Source: Acaryochloris marina S15 (GTDB lineage Bacteria > Cyanobacteriota > Cyanobacteriia > Thermosynechococcales > Thermosynechococcaceae). Taken from it: a stretch of 32,000 bases of DNA. The position numbers and the translations under genes are program-made. Positions within the stretch are counted from its first letter, which is position 1, and each line of letters starts with the position of its first letter. Positions 27,452 through 32,000 of this stretch are shown one piece after another. The stretch spans positions 4,590,001 through 4,622,000 of the forward strand of contig NZ_CP064923.1 of the NCBI RefSeq assembly GCF_018336915.1, given 5' to 3'. Under the pieces are notes generated by a model. It was not told where the DNA came from and did not search any database. It was given only the letters and a program-made list of their open reading frames with translations.

Positions 27452-28882
27452 TTAGTTTTTGATAACCTGCAGTCTCCGATGTGGTGAAGTAGCAGTTTCA
27501 GCAATCTCAAAATATCTCTGAGATGCTAGGCCAAGGGTTAAGAAACTCCAGAAATAAAATCCTAAGGTTGCCATCAGCACATTATTAAAGGCAATAATGC
27601 TAATAGTTCCTATAACAAAGGCCTGTGAAAACAAGGAAAGATAATCTTTCGGACTTGAACGACAGAGCTTCAAGACTAATGCCAACAATCCCACTACATA
27701 AGGGAGAATACCTATCCAGCCAAAATAAAATAAGTAGATAAATAGAGGAGCATCAACAATATTGAAATCCCCTAAATCTAAAGAGCCAGCCAATCCTACT
27801 CCGACAAATTGAGATATTGCTGAATCAAAATAAGTGTTATATAAATCCTTACGAATATTAACGCTTATATCATCATCATATGAGAATAGACTTAACAGTC
27901 GAGAAGCAACCTTGTCATATAAAACATCGTTCGTGAGTATTAAGACAGAAGTCATGATAATTAGAAGCAGAATAATAGCCAATATACGGAATTTCATCCT
28001 GCTCTTAATTCTGAATAAGAAGATTGCCAGGGTAATAAAAAAGCAGAGCCATGCAGCCCTTGCTTGACTAAGCAACAGTCCTAACCCAGTTAAACTTAAA
28101 GTAGGAATACGTAATGGCCAGTCAAACCTATACAGAAGGATCATCAATCCAATCAGTATAGTCGTTGCAAATGTTTGGAAATCAGTTGTTCCACTCCAAA
28201 TCCTGATAGCGAAAGCTTCTGGCAAGCCATAGGACCACTTTTCTACTGAGTTTAGCCAATGGATATCCCAGCTCGGTGCAAAAATGAACTGGAAGATACC
28301 ATATATTCCTAAAACAAGTGATCCCCATATTATTGTAGTTTCTATAACTGATTTATAAGTCGCATATCTTTTCCAGTTTAGGTATATATGTAGTCCAAAT
28401 AATATTGGTCCAACCAAAGCAGAAAACTGCTCAATCAGAATGAAGTCTTGGGGTGGGTTTTTAATGAGAGAGATGAATAAGCTATAAAAAGAAGCAGATA
28501 AAGTGAGTAAAAATGGCGATAATTCCTTATATGAGATCTGAGTTGAATACTGTATCAAAGTGAATACAGAAATTAACGTTACTGAATTAGCAGTAAATGT
28601 CAAATAACCATGATTAATAGAATTAATTTTAAAATCAATAAAGCGCTGAATTCCTGGTGAAACAAAGTGCATCCAGAATGTAAATCCTATATACATACCC
28701 GGATGTTTAAAGTATAAGTATGTTCCTAGCAAAATTGCCGTCACTGGCATTATTTGCATTGAGTATCTTGAAAAGCCAATGGTGAGAATAAGTACCAGAA
28801 ATAGTACAAAAGCAATAATCAATATCCATGCTTTTCGAGATTCTTTATCAGTATTATTTTGACACTCTTTAAGAGTATTCAT
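27452..28882 (-). CDS. O-antigen polymerase/ligase (Wzy_C) family membrane protein, copy 2 (AT-rich divergent paralogue of copy 1)
   Basis: 476 aa and collinear with copy 1: YLYFKHPGMYIGFTFWMHF / YLYQYCPRLYIAYTFWLWF; GIYGIFQFIFAPSWD / GIYGLYQYVVAPDWD; PEAFAIRIWSGTT / PEPFGIRVWSTTS; RAAWLCFFI / RTAWLCLLL. Confidence 0.7.
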   Translation of the reverse strand: MNTLKECQNNTDKESRKAWILIIAFVLFLVLILTIGFSRYSMQIMPVTAILLGTYLYFKHPGMYIGFTFWMHFVSPGIQRFIDFKINSINHGYLTFTANSVTLISVFTLIQYSTQISYKELSPFLLTLSASFYSLFISLIKNPPQDFILIEQFSALVGPILFGLHIYLNWKRYATYKSVIETTIIWGSLVLGIYGIFQFIFAPSWDIHWLNSVEKWSYGLPEAFAIRIWSGTTDFQTFATTILIGLMILLYRFDWPLRIPTLSLTGLGLLLSQARAAWLCFFITLAIFLFRIKSRMKFRILAIILLLIIMTSVLILTNDVLYDKVASRLLSLFSYDDDISVNIRKDLYNTYFDSAISQFVGVGLAGSLDLGDFNIVDAPLFIYLFYFGWIGILPYVVGLLALVLKLCRSSPKDYLSLFSQAFVIGTISIIAFNNVLMATLGFYFWSFLTLGLASQRYFEIAETATSPHRRLQVIKN

Positions 28883-29586
28883 GACTCAGGAAAATCTATT
28901 TTTTATTTTATTGACTTTTAATATATGCTTAAATATATTTTTCTGTAAATACAAATATATTTATTTCATAAGATAGGTGTATTCAAGATAGGGTCAATAT
29001 TGCCGTCAGCTATCTACCGTTCGAGAAATAGGTAGGTCAGCCCTGAATTCCTAATATAGTAAGGCAATAAGTAGTGAATTAAACTAACCTTTTTTACATT
29101 TTCAAGAGAAAATTTTAGCCAAATCATTATATATGCTGACTCTCATGAGCGCTCATTCATCTCACAAATCACCAGTGCTGTTAGATATATTTAGGCAAAT
29201 ACTTTAAATAGCAAGATTCCATTTTTAAAGCTTCTGCACAGATTTAGACTCTACATCTCGCAGATAGTACATTTCCTTAAAAGCTTTACTTGAAAAAGGT
29301 TACAGATCTTATTTTCAATCGTTTTTTTCACCCGTAAAGATCCCACTGCCTGGATAAACAGATCAACAACTCTCTCAGAACTAGCTAAAAAAGCAATACA
29401 GTTTAATTGGCTTTCTGGGGAGGGAAAGGTATTTGGATGTAGAACTAAGATGCTAAGTCTTATCTAGAAAAACATTACAAGAATGCAATAATCTACAAAA
29501 TATAGGTTAAGCCCTATCACTTGAATCATCTGGTCTCATTTCTAACCAGAAAAACCGAGAATTTTAATCAGTCTTAAACAGTATTC

Positions 29587-30813
29587 TCACATCTGGCTGT
29601 AAATACTAATTAACTGTTGTGTGAGTTGATTGATGTTGAAGTGAGATTGGACATGGGCACGACCAGCCTGTCCCATCTCGCCCCAACGTTCCGCGTGTTC
29701 GATGAGATAGATGAGTTTTTCTGCGATCGCATCCGAGTCTCGCTCCGGCAATAGAAACCCCGACACATCATGTTCCACTAATTCTGGGATACCACTGTAG
29801 TGGGTACTCACCACTGGTAATCCCATCGCCATGGCCTCCATCAACGCCACTGGGATTCCTTCCTGATCCCCCTTTTGACCCGTCACACTGGGAGCCAGTA
29901 ATAAGTGAGTCTGATTTAAAACATCAATGACTTCATCTTGTGATTTCCATCCCAACAACTCGACCATAGAGTCTAGGTCGAGTTCCGTGATCAGTTGTTC
30001 TAAGTATTCACGTAAAGGGCCATCACCCACAATGGAGTACTTTAGAGGGTAAGAACAATTTTTGAGTTGTGCAATCGCACGAATACCGTACTCAACACCT
30101 TTCTTCTCAACCAAGCGAGCGACGGTTGTAATCTGCACAGGCTCATCCTCCTGGAGTTGTCTGGCAATCCACAGAAACTGTTGACAGTCAATGCCCATAT
30201 GATGAACTGCAATTTTATGAGCGGGGCACCCCAGCTCAATTAATCGCTCTTGCCAGTACTGGCTAATCGGTAAAAATTGATCACCTTTGATAAAGAGTTG
30301 CCGATAAGCATCCACCCCGGCCTCTTCCAGATACTCAGTGATATCCCAAGCATGAAATGTTGTGCACAGCTTACCCTGAACAGCGCCAATTTCCTGCAGT
30401 TGTGAGCCTAAGATGCCTAGATGTCCAAAATGACAATGAACAATATCATAGGTGGGACGGTTTTTGAGGAAAGGAACAACAGCATAAAGCAATCGAAACG
30501 ATAGGGCTTGCTTACCATAGCGCCAGATATTGAGCGATCGAAAAATCAACACAGGATCCGTCAAACAGCCCTTTAAAAAAAGGAGAATCCCCTTCAAACT
30601 TCTCAAGAGGTAGTTTGAAGGCATCAAGGGATAATACTGAGTGCAGTCCAAAAGCTGATATTTTTCAACATCTGGGTGAACTGTCGTTACATTCTGAGGG
30701 CGACTGGCATATATATCTATACTGTGTTTTTCATCAATAATATGCGTAATCTGATTCAGGATAAAAGTTTCTGATATAGATGGAAAAGCTCCAACCAAAA
30801 AAGCAATTTTCAT
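29587..30813 (-). CDS. Glycosyltransferase family 4 (GT-B fold)
   Basis: 408 aa with APSVTGQKGDQEGIPVALMEAMAMGLPVVSTHYSGIPELV. Confidence 0.8.
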   Translation of the reverse strand: MKIAFLVGAFPSISETFILNQITHIIDEKHSIDIYASRPQNVTTVHPDVEKYQLLDCTQYYPLMPSNYLLRSLKGILLFLKGCLTDPVLIFRSLNIWRYGKQALSFRLLYAVVPFLKNRPTYDIVHCHFGHLGILGSQLQEIGAVQGKLCTTFHAWDITEYLEEAGVDAYRQLFIKGDQFLPISQYWQERLIELGCPAHKIAVHHMGIDCQQFLWIARQLQEDEPVQITTVARLVEKKGVEYGIRAIAQLKNCSYPLKYSIVGDGPLREYLEQLITELDLDSMVELLGWKSQDEVIDVLNQTHLLLAPSVTGQKGDQEGIPVALMEAMAMGLPVVSTHYSGIPELVEHDVSGFLLPERDSDAIAEKLIYLIEHAERWGEMGQAGRAHVQSHFNINQLTQQLISIYSQM

Positions 30814-30837
30814 ATAAATATGAGCAAGAATAAATGA

Positions 30838-31611
30838 CTATTGATTGAATGGCTTTTTAATGTACTTATACTTCAGGATTGGCATGATTAGCTTGTTTTT
30901 TGCTTTAAGCCCATACCGTTTAACCTTCTCTTTCAAGCTAATGCGTGGAACTTCGTCATAAGCTAAGTCTTTGGCTAACACACAATGCACATACTGGTTT
31001 TTTCGATCTAAATCCGGGTAGTTAAAATACTGTAATTTGAAATTTCCATGCGCCGCCCATTGGATTAAATCACCAATTTCAATCGTTTCATCGATGACTT
31101 GCAGCTCATCAGGATTATATTGATGTAGATATCTCTGATATTCAGGACTAGGGTACGTTAAAACAACGACAGCGTTCCCCGTTGTAATGCGGTCTAAATT
31201 GGCGAAAAACGATTCATAGTGGTTGGGAGGAAGATGCTCAATCACATCCACCATAGAGACTAAATCGACGGGTTGCTGAATCTTCTCTTCAATTTTTTTG
31301 AATTCATTAATAATATCAACCTTCAAAAAAGTGATATTTTCATTTATTACGGTTTTCTGGGCATAGGCAATATTTTTATCTGCAATATCACAGGCCCAAA
31401 TATGCCCTGTCTTGATCTTGGTTCCAATTTTTTCTGATACCAGTCCGATACCACAACCAATATCCAGGATCTTGCTATCGGGTCGGGTATATTGCCCAAT
31501 TAGTTCTACGGCTTTATCTATGCGCGGATTACCATACAGTCGATAGTTCAACATCCGCGTATCGCGAAATTCATTGTAGTAACTTCTAACTTGTTCTACG
31601 TTGTTGGTCAT
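30838..31611 (-). CDS. Class I SAM-dependent methyltransferase
   Basis: Motif I ILDIGCGIGLVS, then DLVSMVDVIEHLP. The gene is AT-rich. Confidence 0.75.
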   Translation of the reverse strand: MTNNVEQVRSYYNEFRDTRMLNYRLYGNPRIDKAVELIGQYTRPDSKILDIGCGIGLVSEKIGTKIKTGHIWACDIADKNIAYAQKTVINENITFLKVDIINEFKKIEEKIQQPVDLVSMVDVIEHLPPNHYESFFANLDRITTGNAVVVLTYPSPEYQRYLHQYNPDELQVIDETIEIGDLIQWAAHGNFKLQYFNYPDLDRKNQYVHCVLAKDLAYDEVPRISLKEKVKRYGLKAKNKLIMPILKYKYIKKPFNQ

Positions 31612-31620
31612 TAAGATGTC

Positions 31621-32000
31621 CTATGTTGACTTGCTTGAGTTGACTAGTGGTCGAGCCACAACCAGATAAACAGCCGAATTTTCTTGACGTTGTTCAGGTG
31701 AATAGGAGCTGTCTAAACAGCGAATGACTTGTTGCATCAATACAGCAAATACTCGTTTAAAAGGACTTCTAATCTTGGGGATTAACGCATCTTGAACCAG
31801 GCAGGCTGAAGCGGCTGCAAATCCCAACACTCCCGTTATTTCGACAACTTCCCAGTGGCAGTCCATCAACAGTTTTTGGAGTCCTGCTCCAGTCCAACGC
31901 CAATAATCCGTCGGAATAGGGTGATAGGGCCAATAGCCATGGGTAGACAAGAGTAATAGGCCATCTGATTTGCAGACTCGATGGGCTTCAGCTAAATAAG
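31621..32000 (-). CDS. Class I SAM-dependent methyltransferase, C-terminal part (5' end beyond the right edge)
   Basis: The frame stays open upstream of the TTG used by the track. My translation of 31951-31998 gives ...YLAEAHRVCKSDGLLLLSTHGYW..., the typical post-motif-III region of type-11 methyltransferases. Confidence 0.65.
   Translation of the reverse strand, partial: YLAEAHRVCKSDGLLLLSTHGYWPYHPIPTDYWRWTGAGLQKLLMDCHWEVVEITGVLGFAAASACLVQDALIPKIRSPFKRVFAVLMQQVIRCLDSSYSPEQRQENSAVYLVVARPLVNSSKST

Noticed and set aside
1-32000. Search for tRNA/rRNA genes, transposases, integrases, toxin-antitoxin pairs, restriction-modification or other defence modules
   Set aside because: I recognised none. 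No ORF shows DDE/tyrosine-recombinase, nuclease-helicase or RT motifs, and no tRNA-like T-arm (GGTTCGAATCC type) was seen in the intergenic regions. The four methyltransferases look like small-molecule or sugar class I enzymes in a glycan context, not DNA methyltransferases.

Overview
The window looks like a cyanobacterial chromosome segment. The HIP1 palindrome GCGATCGC occurs 8 times, and it carries a DapL-type lysine pathway gene and an sbtA-sbtB pair. The left third (1-9.6 kb) is mostly housekeeping: the 5' part of a large beta-propeller/phytase-like protein (minus strand, missing from the ORF track because its stop lies outside the window), sbtA-sbtB behind a ~1 kb AT-rich control region, dapL, a two-domain rhodanese, a lipoprotein, pyrB, and a small conserved protein translationally coupled to an orphan ECF-type ABC ATPase. 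The rest is accessory. It begins with a ~1618 aa protein whose order is a His/Met-rich leader, G8 domain, beta-helix, PKD domain, 57 uninterrupted RTX nonapeptides and a C-terminal tail (9637-14493, minus strand). A ~970 bp AT-rich divergent control region with two strong dyad symmetries follows. Next come a secreted GH5-like (clan GH-A) glycosidase and an O-acyltransferase on the plus strand. An 11-gene minus-strand polysaccharide locus then runs off the right edge: 4 GT4 glycosyltransferases, 4 SAM methyltransferases (2 with zinc ribbons), 2 tandem divergent Wzy_C-family membrane proteins and 1 NTP_transf_5-type nucleotidyltransferase. I saw no rRNA, tRNA, CRISPR array, transposase, integrase or recognisable defence system. 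The best candidate for something undescribed is the combination of a methylation-heavy polysaccharide locus with two candidate secreted polysaccharide-processing enzymes, together with the repeat architecture and leader structures of the RTX gene. All family assignments come from motif recognition by eye, not from database searches.
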